From: a virus
Lineage: Duplodnaviria; Caudoviricetes
IMG/VR virus record: IMGVR_UViG_3300031992_000011
DNA length: 64,000 nucleotides
Reading direction: 5' to 3' (one strand)
Shown: positions 1 through 9,724 of the stretch, piece after piece
Numbering within the stretch: the first letter of the stretch is position 1
Layout: each line of letters begins with the position of its first letter
Position numbers and translations under genes: made by a program
The notes under the pieces: model-generated
Databases searched by the model: none
Seen by the model: only the letters and a program-made list of their open reading frames with translations
Told to the model about the DNA's origin: nothing

Positions 1-2
1 TA

Positions 3-137
3 GGCCTTTTCGGACTGACGTATTGTGACGGACACGTCCCGCCGGAGGGTGTAGACCTTGAAAAACTGCTTATTTCTGATGTCCAGAAACTGTCGATGCT
101 CCTTGATACGTACGATAAGGACGAAATCAAAAAGTAG
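3..137 (+). CDS. 3' end of a gene truncated by the window edge (possibly holin-like)
   Basis: Open frame GLFGLTYCDGH...DEIKK ending at TAG 135-137, directly before a membrane-anchored gene; function is a guess. Confidence 0.4.
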   Translation, partial: GLFGLTYCDGHVPPEGVDLEKLLISDVQKLSMLLDTYDKDEIKK

Positions 138-143
138 AACGTT

Positions 144-785
144 ATGGCACTGACGCGCAAACAAAAACTGTGGATAGATGTGGTGCAGTGGGCGCTTATT
201 GCTGTGTTGTTGGGCATATGCTGTGTTGTTTTCATCGGAAACAAGAACCTCAAACATGAGCGGGACATTGCAAAAGAAGAGTTGTACATCAAAATCTACC
301 AGTCGCAGACAATCGAGGAACTCAAGAAGAAGAACAAGGAACTCTACGACTCTGTGATGTCGATAAACAACGGGAAGGACGCTGAAAGCGCTTTGCAGAT
401 ACGGTACAAATACAAGTACAAGACCGACACTATCACCAAGACAGAATTTGTGCTGTCAGAAGACTCAGTCTACCACTATGTAAGTGACAACGACACGATA
501 AAGACGGAGATCGACGTCAAGGCCAAGGATCTGGCGTGGGTAAAGTCAAACACTGAGATAAGGGACAAGTTCACAATCATCAACCGCACGGACGGTAAAG
601 GGAACAACGAGACAACGATAAACCATTCAGCGAACGTCGAGATTGAGAAAGTGGACGCTTGGCGGAGAAAAACATCATGGAAGGACAGAATCAGCGCAGG
701 ACCGAGCATCGGTGCCGGATACGGGGTGTTCAACAACAAGTTTGATGTGTTCATCGGTTTCAGTGTGTCATACAAAATTAACTAA
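144..785 (+). CDS. membrane-anchored protein, possible spanin-like lysis protein
   Basis: N-terminal TM helix, coiled coil, C-terminal amphipathic beta strands (FIGFSVSYKIN). Confidence 0.55.
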   Translation: MALTRKQKLWIDVVQWALIAVLLGICCVVFIGNKNLKHERDIAKEELYIKIYQSQTIEELKKKNKELYDSVMSINNGKDAESALQIRYKYKYKTDTITKTEFVLSEDSVYHYVSDNDTIKTEIDVKAKDLAWVKSNTEIRDKFTIINRTDGKGNNETTINHSANVEIEKVDAWRRKTSWKDRISAGPSIGAGYGVFNNKFDVFIGFSVSYKIN

Positions 786-843
786 AAGAACTATTGAGTT
801 TTTTCGGTGCACGCCTTATCTTAAATGAAAAGGCGTGTTTTTT

Positions 844-1026
844 ATGCTTACGAAAATCTTAGTGTTCATACTCGTCATGGCGATCATCAGGGTTGTCATG
901 GAGACAGCAAGACTCGTGTATTGTTTTGTCGCGAGCAAGCGATTCACAAACACAAATACGGGCACAGCGCTGACGGTCTCTTCCGTGGCGTATATCATAA
1001 CGATACTATTATGCGGCGTCCAATGA
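844..1026 (+). CDS. small two-TM membrane protein
   Basis: Two hydrophobic segments; TGA overlaps the ATG of the next gene (ATGA at 1023-1026). Confidence 0.6.
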   Translation: MLTKILVFILVMAIIRVVMETARLVYCFVASKRFTNTNTGTALTVSSVAYIITILLCGVQ

Positions 1027-1574
1027 ACTCTCTACAGGACAAACTCGTAGAACTTTCCGAATACGCGATCGGGTTCAACGTGTATGACGGAAACTTCCTT
1101 GTGCATGTCACATATAATGAAGGGTGGGCGGTCATCGAACCGTCGGACAGCTCGATCACGTTCATGAGGGACAAGAAGGACGGGAACACATATTACTACT
1201 CGGCGCCGTTGACGACTGACATGTCAAAGATATTCAGCGCGATAGAGGAGACAATCAGCTACAACAAAGAACTCGAGGAAAAAGTCGTGCTGTTCAAGGA
1301 GAAAGTGGAGGAGATGCAGGAACTGTTCTCGTGCAAGAGCATAAGCGAACTCAGGAAGATGAGGTTTGACATACCTTCAACCCAACGCACGGAGAAACCA
1401 AAAAAGAAAACCGCACAAAAAAGGAAACCAAAGGTGGACGCGGCCGCAGTAAATCCCACTGTCAACAACGAAGACGGAAATGTTCCGGAAGTTCAGACTA
1501 CGGGCGAGGACATCGACTCGGTGATAATGAACGCCATCAAGGAAAAGGAGGTCAGCGAAAATGCTTCTGTTTAA
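1023..1574 (+). CDS. hypothetical protein
   Basis: ORF 825..1574; start moved to the coupled ATG at 1023 (MNSLQDKL). Confidence 0.75.
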   Translation: MNSLQDKLVELSEYAIGFNVYDGNFLVHVTYNEGWAVIEPSDSSITFMRDKKDGNTYYYSAPLTTDMSKIFSAIEETISYNKELEEKVVLFKEKVEEMQELFSCKSISELRKMRFDIPSTQRTEKPKKKTAQKRKPKVDAAAVNPTVNNEDGNVPEVQTTGEDIDSVIMNAIKEKEVSENASV

Positions 1575-1974
1575 ACTCACAGTCTACATACTGTTCGCAT
1601 ATGGTCTTGCCAACATGGTCGTATACGCGAACGGGCCGTTCGGCATATTCGAGAAGTGGCGAAACCTGTCCCACAGGATAAACGCCGGTTTCGGCGAACT
1701 GTTCACGTGCATGATATGCTTCTCGACATGGATAGGCATCGTGTTCAGCCTGCTGAACTCGTTCGTCGTCACAAGTGTCGCTTTCACGCCGTTCAGCGTG
1801 GTCTTCGGCGCCGGACACAATGACGTGGTGATAAAGACCTTCATGGACATGTGCGCCACAAGCGGCGCCGTGTGGCTGCTGCACAATTTTGAGGAGGCGT
1901 TCGAGAGGCACTGGGCGAACTTCAGTGAAGCCGAGGACGAAGGAGACATAAAGGCTGACATTATCGAATACTGA
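1561..1974 (+). CDS. DUF1360-like membrane protein
   Basis: TM helices with GPFGIFE..R and ELFTCMICFSTWIG (CxxC..W) pattern. Confidence 0.65.
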   Translation: MLLFKLTVYILFAYGLANMVVYANGPFGIFEKWRNLSHRINAGFGELFTCMICFSTWIGIVFSLLNSFVVTSVAFTPFSVVFGAGHNDVVIKTFMDMCATSGAVWLLHNFEEAFERHWANFSEAEDEGDIKADIIEY

Positions 1975-2177
1975 TGGGTATTGACGCGGAAGTCGCAAAA
2001 GAAATGGAGAAGATGAAGGTCGAGAGGACAATGCTGATGGAGGAACTGGCGCGGCACAGGGACAGCATGGCGGGAACTTTGCCTTCTGAGATTGGCAACG
2101 GAGGGACTTTGGTTGTCAAGAAGGGGTTGTGGACAAGAATAAGGCAGAAGATATCAGCTATGTTCTGTAATGAGTGA
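1974..2177 (+). CDS. hypothetical protein
   Basis: Coupled ORF in operon. Confidence 0.7.
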   Translation: MGIDAEVAKEMEKMKVERTMLMEELARHRDSMAGTLPSEIGNGGTLVVKKGLWTRIRQKISAMFCNE

Positions 2178-2409
2178 GGAAAAGAGCAACAGCGTGCTTG
2201 AACGCATCGTGAAGATAGTCGGCGCAATACGCGAGAACACCGAACAGAAGGAGACGTGCACACTCATTGTGACACTGCCAGACAAGTCGGCGCTTGCTGA
2301 CATTGACCGTGAGCTCTATGTGGACTCGAACGGGACGGACGAAGGTTTCACCCCCGGCGACGAGGTGGACGTGACCATATCCGGTGTCATGATAAAACTC
2401 AAAGTTTGA
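2170..2409 (+). CDS. hypothetical protein
   Basis: Coupled ORF in operon. Confidence 0.7.
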   Translation: MSEEKSNSVLERIVKIVGAIRENTEQKETCTLIVTLPDKSALADIDRELYVDSNGTDEGFTPGDEVDVTISGVMIKLKV

Positions 2410-3304
2410 ACTGCCGTTTGATGGCGGTGCGCGTCCATCCTGTTTTTGCCTCTATGAGGTTCATCACCCAAGTCACGATGTCTCCGCCGGCCTTTCCCTG
2501 AAAGAGAACGCCCGGTTCTTTGACCTCTTCCTCGAGTTTGTCGTATAGCGCCTCACATTGTCCGGATGTCTTGCATGACACAAAGTCTATGTCCATGTCA
2601 TCCTTTATGACCACAAGTTTGTTCTTGTACATCATCACCCTCTTGGACGACTCCTCGGTGGCGGAACTGATAATGTTCTCCTTAATGAATGTATAATCCT
2701 TGCGGTCAGTGGAAGGGTTGTAACCATACACGTTGAAAGTCTCTTCGACATACCACTCGTCGCGCTTCAGAATAAGGTAATCGGAGCGGTTCGCGAAGTA
2801 GTGCTCCACAAATCTTCCGTCATCGTCCCTGAAGGAGGCGATGTTGCTTGTCCCTGACTCCTCGTCAATTTTCCTGACAAGCAGTATCTCGTAGTTCACC
2901 TTGGCAGAACGCTCACCCTGTTTCTGCCGTTTCTCGGACGTCTCGGTTATCACCGCCGGGAACTTTACGGACTCGCGGTTCTCCTTGAGCGCTTCCTCAT
3001 ACCTCTCATATGAAACAGACGCCCACCATGAGTGGCCGAGGTTCTTTATCTTCTTGCGGTTCTTAGTGATGATCACCATGTGCCAACCCTTTTTGTCACC
3101 CATCAAACGATGACGCTCAAGTTCGGCCTGACGCCTTTTATGGTACACCTTGTTGTTGTACTTGCGCCTTTTGCGGGCGCGCTGTTTCTCCTTTATCTCC
3201 TTCTGCCGCTGCTTCTCACGCTCTTTCTTCTTCGCCTCACGCTCTTTTGCGCGCTGTATTTTCTCCTCGCGCTCTCGCAGCAATCTCTCAAGTAACTTGG
3301 ACAT
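2399..3304 (-). CDS. hypothetical protein with very basic coiled-coil N-terminus
   Basis: 301-aa ORF preceded by TATTTAT motif (3330-3336, minus strand). Confidence 0.8.
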   Translation of the reverse strand: MSKLLERLLREREEKIQRAKEREAKKKEREKQRQKEIKEKQRARKRRKYNNKVYHKRRQAELERHRLMGDKKGWHMVIITKNRKKIKNLGHSWWASVSYERYEEALKENRESVKFPAVITETSEKRQKQGERSAKVNYEILLVRKIDEESGTSNIASFRDDDGRFVEHYFANRSDYLILKRDEWYVEETFNVYGYNPSTDRKDYTFIKENIISSATEESSKRVMMYKNKLVVIKDDMDIDFVSCKTSGQCEALYDKLEEEVKEPGVLFQGKAGGDIVTWVMNLIEAKTGWTRTAIKRQFKL

Positions 3305-3421
3305 TATCAGTTAAAAAATGTTTATAGCAATAAATATATCTTATTGAATGTATACTATTAAACCATCATGTAGTATCTATGGGGAAAGAAATCAAGTTAA
3401 ACTTTTAACACATAATTTGAT

Positions 3422-3850
3422 ATGGCAAAATTTTTTGAACTGACCGACGAGAACATGGAGCTTGTCGAGGAATGCTTCCAAAAGACCGGACTCCACAACT
3501 ACATTGAGATGAAAGCGTTCGGAGTGTCAAAGTCGAAGAAGATGATAGAGGTCGCCAAGAACGGGCCTGTCACCGAATATCTTGCGAATGTGCCCGGCAG
3601 CATCAGCGTCAAGATATACGAGGCGGCGTTTGACCGTCTTGACGCACAGACCAAGAAGATGCTTCTTGACGACGCGTTCAACGCTGTGGCGTATGATGGC
3701 GAGAAGGACAAGATAATCATCGGAACGCCTCAGATCTGCGTCTCGGTCTCCGGACGCAGAACCTTTGGTGAGACGCTCATCAACGCTGCGGAGGCGGCCG
3801 TGATGGCTATAGAACAGATCGAAGAGGAAAAAAAGGCGGTGAAGGAATGA
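3422..3850 (+). CDS. hypothetical protein (possibly degenerate phage metallopeptidase-like fold)
   Basis: 142-aa ORF; no HExxH motif, so the family is uncertain. Confidence 0.6.
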   Translation: MAKFFELTDENMELVEECFQKTGLHNYIEMKAFGVSKSKKMIEVAKNGPVTEYLANVPGSISVKIYEAAFDRLDAQTKKMLLDDAFNAVAYDGEKDKIIIGTPQICVSVSGRRTFGETLINAAEAAVMAIEQIEEEKKAVKE

Positions 3851-4047
3851 GCGCGGAAAAGACTCGTGAGACCATAGAACGGATATATGAGTCCATGAGA
3901 AGAGGCGAGTCGATAGGGGATGACATGGCAAAGGTCATAGAGGAGGAAAAGAGAAGGATTGTCGATGAATACAGAAAACTTATGGAAAAACGGCAAGAAA
4001 CCTCCGAAGATGCACCTGACAGCGCCAAACCTACAGTGAGAACATAG
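3847..4047 (+). CDS. hypothetical protein
   Basis: Coupled ORF followed by terminator. Confidence 0.65.
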   Translation: MSAEKTRETIERIYESMRRGESIGDDMAKVIEEEKRRIVDEYRKLMEKRQETSEDAPDSAKPTVRT

Positions 4048-4071
4048 GCCGCAACAGCGCCACACAAACAG

Positions 4072-4114
4072 AAAAAAAACCCACCTATGATGATGTTCAT
4101 TGGGTGGTTTTTTT
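4072..4114 (+). terminator. intrinsic terminator
   Basis: CCACCTATGA/TCATTGGGTGG stem, T7 tail. Confidence 0.75.
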
Positions 4115-4172
4115 GTCTCTTACAAAATGACATAAAACGGTAGGATTGGAACACTTGCACACATTATCTAAC

Positions 4173-4179
4173 TATTTAT
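4173..4179 (+). promoter_or_regulatory. putative late promoter TATTTAT
   Basis: Motif recurs 17-55 nt upstream of more than 12 structural or leader-bearing genes. Confidence 0.6.
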
Positions 4180-4230
4180 AAGAAACTGTGTAAAACAGTA
4201 TAACATAAAATTTACGAAAATCAATAAGGC

Positions 4231-5184
4231 ATGTATTACCCAAAAACCTACATCACCAAGACGTGGTATCAGTACAACCCGTCGGCAGAGGAAAAGGTTG
4301 TCATTGAAAAATACGGAACCGATCCAAATAGTTCCGTTCGGGCATCTGTATGCGCAGGATATGACAATGACGGAAAAATAATTGCCGACGACGAGCTTGC
4401 AAAAATATTCCCACACATCAAGGTTGAATATTATATCAAGAGAAGGACGGCATGCACAGGAGATGAAGCAGAAGATGTGTGTGACGAGAACGGGTACAAG
4501 TTCCAATACAAGGCATCAGGCAATGACTGTTCATACTCGGACGATAAAACTGGTGCCGATAAGCGCACATCATACCTGTGGCTGGACATGATGATCAACG
4601 ACGGTGACGCTATATGCACGACAGCCGACGGTGACATTAACGGGAAAAACGTATGCTTTCAGTATAAGGGTCAAGGAGACGGTGAAATCCCTGCCGTGCC
4701 GAACAACTACTCGGACAGGTATTACATGGACATCAACGAGAAAATCATGGAAGGACTTGTCAACGGGGACACTGTCGATGACGTGCTCGCCACACTTCCA
4801 TGGTATATCCGTAGAGAAAAAGACCATGTGAAAGTCGGCGGAGAATGGAGGGAGATTATTTCTTCAGAAGTGAATAGTCCGTTGTGTAATGGTGGCGATC
4901 CGTATAGTGTAGATATATGTGATAAACTGTCGAACGTGGAACTCGCGGAGTCAGTATCTGCAGAACTAAACAGGATGGTGTATGAATACGCAAAAAATCT
5001 ACACGAGACGGTCAGTCCACGAGCGGAATCGGAAGTAGCCACTACTTTTCCAATCACCGAAGAAGGGCACGTTCCTGTAACCTTTAAATGGAACGGTACA
5101 GGTGACGTAAAAGCGTTCGAATCGACGCTGTCCCATGCGGAAGGGGAACATGGCGGAACAATAGAACAAGGCAACACACCATAA
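4231..5184 (+). CDS. acidic, Cys-containing putative virion protein, paralog of 5186..6688
   Basis: Shares MYYPK.xITKTWYQYNP, LWLDxM..DGD and LPWYxR blocks with the next gene. Confidence 0.8.
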   Translation: MYYPKTYITKTWYQYNPSAEEKVVIEKYGTDPNSSVRASVCAGYDNDGKIIADDELAKIFPHIKVEYYIKRRTACTGDEAEDVCDENGYKFQYKASGNDCSYSDDKTGADKRTSYLWLDMMINDGDAICTTADGDINGKNVCFQYKGQGDGEIPAVPNNYSDRYYMDINEKIMEGLVNGDTVDDVLATLPWYIRREKDHVKVGGEWREIISSEVNSPLCNGGDPYSVDICDKLSNVELAESVSAELNRMVYEYAKNLHETVSPRAESEVATTFPITEEGHVPVTFKWNGTGDVKAFESTLSHAEGEHGGTIEQGNTP

Positions 5185-5185
5185 A

Positions 5186-6688
5186 ATGTACTATCCCAAG
5201 GAACACATAACAAAGACGTGGTATCAATATAACCCCGATGCGTCTCCAAAGGTCGTGCTCGAGAAATACGATTACGACCCCAGTAATTCCGTACGAGAGT
5301 CAATATGCCCGGGTTTTGACAACAACGGACAAGAGAAAGATGAAGAGGCGCTGAAGGGTATATTCCCGTATTTGCTCGTGAAATATCACGTCGTGAAACG
5401 AGAAAGGTGCGCTGACAATGAAATTGACGGACCCGGTGTATGTGAGGAATGGGTGACAACAGAATCCGGGGGTGACGGCACTGACGACGGAGATACATCT
5501 CAACCGTGTGTCGACAGGAAATGTTCCACATGCCGTGACGGATACAAGTACAAATTCACAAACGACACTACCGGGGAGACCGCATATGGCGTGTTCACTG
5601 ACGACGGACTTATACACGTGCGAACAGACCAAGGTTTCACCGCTTCAGAAGTGTCTAAGATATTGTGGCTTGACGAAATGGTACAGGACGGAGACCTGTT
5701 GAGTTTCCATGACGATACCATAAGTTTTTGTTGCGAGGCGCAAAGTAATCCGGGGAGACAGAAGACTTATGGGGGAATATTCTCCCAGCAATGGGCGGAC
5801 GTGCTGTGCGAAAGGCTTCTAAACGGATTCAGTGTGGTGCAGGCATCACAGATACTCCCGTGGTATCTTCGTCCGGTCGGAAGTCTCGTTTATGTCGACG
5901 GAGAGTACAGGGTGATATCAGACATAGTTGTAATGGAAAAGATTGACGGGGTGGATGCCATATCTTGGTATAGCACTCCATTAAACAACTTATTCACTAC
6001 AAAGTCCATCCGGGACCAACTGTCTACCGCGATAAACGCAAGAGTCACGGACTATACCAATCAGTTGTTGAGACGTATCAACAAGGAGATAATCACATGC
6101 GTCGCCGACGAATGTGACTGTGAAGACGCGTCTGACGACCCGTGTTTCGGCGGGTACGCGTCATTGGGCATTCATTACGGAAAGTACACGTGCGACGAGC
6201 AACAACCGCCAAGTGGCGAGATATGCAACGCTGACCTCAGCGGGAACGGAGAAGTGGGTATTGAGGATGTAAACATCGTACTCGACATCGTACTCGGAAA
6301 ATTCATCAAGGATGACGCCACAGGATGTTATATACCCAACACTTCAAACGCCAATGCACCGTCAGCAGGCGGCACAAGAAGGATAACCGTCGAACTGGAA
6401 AGTCCGGTAAGCATCGGCAGCGGATACCAGGCCAATATGTACACGTTCGAGACAAGCTACGATGGCGAATCCGGCGAAGAAGCGGGGACAACCACGCAGA
6501 TCTCGTATATGAACAACGCCACCGGCAAGATGATGGACTACAACATCTCGCCAAACGGAACAGTTACCGTCGGAAAATTGTGGAAACTGACTGACGCGTC
6601 CGAATTCGTGATGCCGATGGAATCCGGAATGACACCGGAACAATGGGTGAACAACATGCAGTCGGCACAGGAGACAATAACACCTTAA
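5186..6688 (+). CDS. putative virion protein with dockerin-like EF-hand repeat
   Basis: Paralogous N-terminal domain; ADLSGNGEVGIEDVNIVLDIVLG fits the dockerin Ca-binding pattern. Confidence 0.75.
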   Translation: MYYPKEHITKTWYQYNPDASPKVVLEKYDYDPSNSVRESICPGFDNNGQEKDEEALKGIFPYLLVKYHVVKRERCADNEIDGPGVCEEWVTTESGGDGTDDGDTSQPCVDRKCSTCRDGYKYKFTNDTTGETAYGVFTDDGLIHVRTDQGFTASEVSKILWLDEMVQDGDLLSFHDDTISFCCEAQSNPGRQKTYGGIFSQQWADVLCERLLNGFSVVQASQILPWYLRPVGSLVYVDGEYRVISDIVVMEKIDGVDAISWYSTPLNNLFTTKSIRDQLSTAINARVTDYTNQLLRRINKEIITCVADECDCEDASDDPCFGGYASLGIHYGKYTCDEQQPPSGEICNADLSGNGEVGIEDVNIVLDIVLGKFIKDDATGCYIPNTSNANAPSAGGTRRITVELESPVSIGSGYQANMYTFETSYDGESGEEAGTTTQISYMNNATGKMMDYNISPNGTVTVGKLWKLTDASEFVMPMESGMTPEQWVNNMQSAQETITP

Positions 6689-6705
6689 ATTTTGCGTAAT
6701 TTAAA

Positions 6706-7008
6706 ATGGAAAGAAGAATCAATATCACAGAAACAGAACTCCGAAGGATAATAAGCGAAACAGTGCATCGTGCGTTGGCTGAATCCTTTGGTGGCGACGG
6801 ATATGACGCGTATGTTGTGGTCGACGAGGCGTCAGGGGAGATAATCGGGAACTACGCCACGTCAGACCGGGAAGAGGCGATTTCTGACGCCGAGGATATG
6901 GCGAGGAGCGGCGGCAGATATATGGTCCTTGGATGTGTCGGGAATGAGTACAGTTTCGATGACGTGGTGTACGACACCGATCCGGACGGTCCGAGTTATA
7001 GGTTTTAG
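6706..7008 (+). CDS. leader-family protein (ITETELRRIISETV)
   Basis: Shared N-terminal leader motif. Confidence 0.8.
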   Translation: MERRINITETELRRIISETVHRALAESFGGDGYDAYVVVDEASGEIIGNYATSDREEAISDAEDMARSGGRYMVLGCVGNEYSFDDVVYDTDPDGPSYRF

Positions 7009-7030
7009 TTCCAAACCACAATAATGGAAT

Positions 7031-7067
7031 ATCCGTCAATGACTTTTTTCATTGACGGATTTTTTTT
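7031..7067. terminator. terminator between convergent genes
   Basis: ATCCGTCAATGA/TCATTGACGGAT 12-bp stem, T tail. Confidence 0.8.
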
Positions 7068-7087
7068 GTTAACGAACATTATCAGTT

Positions 7088-8806
7088 TCAAATCTTGCGT
7101 CCGTTCCTCTGAAGGCTGAATGACCTGACATCCGGATAAAGGAAAACATGTATTCCCAGAGCGGACGCCTTTTGACTTATGGTGTTGATGGTCGACTCCA
7201 TGTCATCCGGGAATTCAGACATGCTATGGTCGGCATAAAGGTCGATTTGCTTTATGTACTTATTGGCGTCAGGTATATATTGCGCCTTTGTCGTCAGACG
7301 GTCTTCCGCCTGTGACATTGGGTGAGTGTACCTGTCGTCATACACAGTCCCGAATCCGTCCCATCCGAATGACGTTGTGCCATTGGTCTGCATCATTTCC
7401 TCTTTGCCGTTATGAGCGAATATTCCGTGTGTATTGTCAGCAAACGCCATTGGGTCACCCTTTCCGTTACCGTAGTCGTAATATTCCCAGTCCATCGGTT
7501 TTACCCTAAGGTTGTGCCTCTTCCCGTTCTTTTCGTTAGGGACTTTGAAATTGTTGTATGTGTTCAACGCTCGACCGTCTATTGCAAGGCGCGCCACAAT
7601 TCCATCATACCCGTTGGAACCATATTCACCGTAGGCAAGAACCGGATATCCTTCGTGGAAATTCTTGTTCCGCGTGAATGACATGAAATTCATGTCTGGA
7701 CCGTCAACATATTCCATGTCCCCGGTTTCTGTGTTCAGAAAAGTCTCAGGACCCTGCGGAAAAAATTTGTTGTGCGACAACAGTTTAATTAGGTTGTCGG
7801 CATTTGTGTAATGATAAAGCAAGGATGACGCAGATTCACGCAGAGCCGAACGGACGGCTTCATTGACCATGCCCGTGATTCTTCGTCTGATGAATGATTC
7901 GGTAAATAAAATTTGGAACTTGTTGCTGTATGATATGTTCCCGTTTGATTTAACAAGATACACGCATTCGTTCTTTTCATCAACGGCAAACGTCTTGTCA
8001 TATTTCTTTATTGTCGGGTAGGTTTCTCCGCTTTTGCGGTCTTTCACGACACCTTCACGGTTCTCAGGCATCACATCGTCCAAAGTGAACACCATTTCCT
8101 CCGCCTTGGGTTTTTCTTGCAATCCATTGAATTCCATGTTTATGTTTGAACCGTCCCCGTCAGAAACGACATCCCCCTCGAAACCCATGATATTGTCGCA
8201 TTCCATCTTGGTGACCGGTTTCCCGCTGAATATTCTATTGTAAAGCGCGACAACTTTGTCGTCATCACCTTTCGAGACACAGTACTCCCATATCTCGACG
8301 CGTGAGTGTTTGTTCCCCGCGAACTTCCTCAGCAGTGTGCGGTTGTTGTCGAAAACAACTGATATTCCGAAGTCGTGATGTCCATTGCGCTCCCATTCGG
8401 ACGGGTTCACCGTGTGGTTTGACAACCTGAAGTCGCCCTTCACTTCTACATGCGGACCGTCCTTTGTGGCGATGACCATCGTGAAGTTGTGTCCCATTAT
8501 GTACTGGGACGCGCTCTTTATAAAGTTAAGACGTGCAGATTCAAGGTCGTCCGGCGTAGAGGCCGACATTATCTTCCGAACGTTGTCCCCGATTTTCTTG
8601 AAATAAGCGAACTGTGCGGCGTAATCCCTTTTCAAAAGGCATTTCTTCACAAAACCGGTGTCGTCCGGATTTCTGAAATCCCCGACGGGACATCTTGCGT
8701 GACCGCCGGTTGTCTCATCGAAGAATTCGTACATCATGCCTGTTCCATCTTTCTCGATCCAACTCTCCGAAAGCACAAGACGGGGTATATGTGTGGATAA
8801 AACCAT
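7088..8806 (-). CDS. multidomain protein with internal leader motif and C-terminal ADP-ribosyltransferase-like motifs
   Basis: Internal FTESFIRRRITGMVNEAVRSALRE; then LYHYT...MSFTR...QAEDR. Confidence 0.7.
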   Translation of the reverse strand: MVLSTHIPRLVLSESWIEKDGTGMMYEFFDETTGGHARCPVGDFRNPDDTGFVKKCLLKRDYAAQFAYFKKIGDNVRKIMSASTPDDLESARLNFIKSASQYIMGHNFTMVIATKDGPHVEVKGDFRLSNHTVNPSEWERNGHHDFGISVVFDNNRTLLRKFAGNKHSRVEIWEYCVSKGDDDKVVALYNRIFSGKPVTKMECDNIMGFEGDVVSDGDGSNINMEFNGLQEKPKAEEMVFTLDDVMPENREGVVKDRKSGETYPTIKKYDKTFAVDEKNECVYLVKSNGNISYSNKFQILFTESFIRRRITGMVNEAVRSALRESASSLLYHYTNADNLIKLLSHNKFFPQGPETFLNTETGDMEYVDGPDMNFMSFTRNKNFHEGYPVLAYGEYGSNGYDGIVARLAIDGRALNTYNNFKVPNEKNGKRHNLRVKPMDWEYYDYGNGKGDPMAFADNTHGIFAHNGKEEMMQTNGTTSFGWDGFGTVYDDRYTHPMSQAEDRLTTKAQYIPDANKYIKQIDLYADHSMSEFPDDMESTINTISQKASALGIHVFLYPDVRSFSLQRNGRKI

Positions 8807-8810
8807 CTAA

Positions 8811-8866
8811 TTAACTATTTTTAACATTAAATATTTTTATATTACATTAGTTTTTATGTACCTTCG
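8811..8866 (+). promoter_or_regulatory. early-type promoter (TTAA-N6-TTAA + TACCTTCG), overlapping a divergent late-like site
   Basis: TTAA at 8811 and 8821, -7-like box 8859-8866. Confidence 0.55.
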
Positions 8867-8871
8867 CCGAT

Positions 8872-9414
8872 ATGGAAAACAGTAAAGAAAGATTTCTGAT
8901 CGGGATTGACGACACGCACGGCAATTACAAGGAACATGGCGCTGTCGTGGTCCGAACCGCGGGTTTGGACGAGTATATCGCGTCACGTCGCCGACTGATT
9001 GGTGACGGCATAATGGAGTTCCATTCAACCAAGAGCATAGAGAACATCGGCGGGTGCGAAAACACGCCATGTGTGCTCGTGTGCGCCGACAATGGGACGA
9101 AGTCATGGTTCATTACTGAGGCGGGCAACCTCCCGACTGTCATCAATGACAAATTCAGCGGATGCTCCGTTGAATACAACACGTCAAACCCGTTGTTCGG
9201 ATACAAGACGTGGAGAGTAAGCGGGACTGTAAGCGACACAGAAACCGCTATCACACACGTGGTGGAGCACATGCTTTCTGACGACTACAATCAGGCGGAG
9301 CACACGAGAGTCGTTGTCGTGGACAAGGAAGGGAGCGAGGTTTCATTGCTTACACTGTATCTGGTCAAGACCGCCGATTGTCTGAAAAACAGAAAAAATC
9401 CGCAAAATCCGTGA
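8872..9414 (+). CDS. hypothetical protein
   Basis: 180-aa ORF downstream of promoter. Confidence 0.75.
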   Translation: MENSKERFLIGIDDTHGNYKEHGAVVVRTAGLDEYIASRRRLIGDGIMEFHSTKSIENIGGCENTPCVLVCADNGTKSWFITEAGNLPTVINDKFSGCSVEYNTSNPLFGYKTWRVSGTVSDTETAITHVVEHMLSDDYNQAEHTRVVVVDKEGSEVSLLTLYLVKTADCLKNRKNPQNP

Positions 9415-9506
9415 TATTGGCGAAAAAAATCCACACAAAAGAAATTTTTTTGTTGAATTTTCAAAAGTTACTGCTATTTATATTTCGTAAAAAAAAATTC
9501 TGTAAA

Positions 9507-9712
9507 CGATGCGAATATATTGCACATCCACAAACGGTAAAAACGAATGGTCTGCATATGACAGTAGACCACTCGAAAACCCATACTGTTTGTCGTGCAT
9601 CGCATCACGGTAGTTTTATCAACCGTAGAATACTGATCAGAATTCCAATATATGAGGTCCGTGATGCATGTGGGAACACAAGCATTGCGGACTCCCCCTT
9701 TTCTAAAGAGGT
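9507..9712 (+). ncRNA. candidate structured ncRNA behind TATTTAT motif
   Basis: Nested stems CGATGC/GCATCG, ACAAACGGTA/TACTGTTTGT, TGGTCTGC/GTAGACCA, GCATCACGG/CCGTGATGC; no convincing ORF. Confidence 0.4.
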
Positions 9713-9724
9713 GCAGAAAATTTG

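Noticed and set aside
825-1022. N-terminal extension of ORF 825..1574
   Set aside because: Better explained by the overlapping membrane ORF 844..1026 coupled to ATG 1023
9507-9712. tmRNA or 6S RNA
   Set aside because: No tRNA-Ala-like ends or tag ORF; a 6S-type central bubble could not be established by eye
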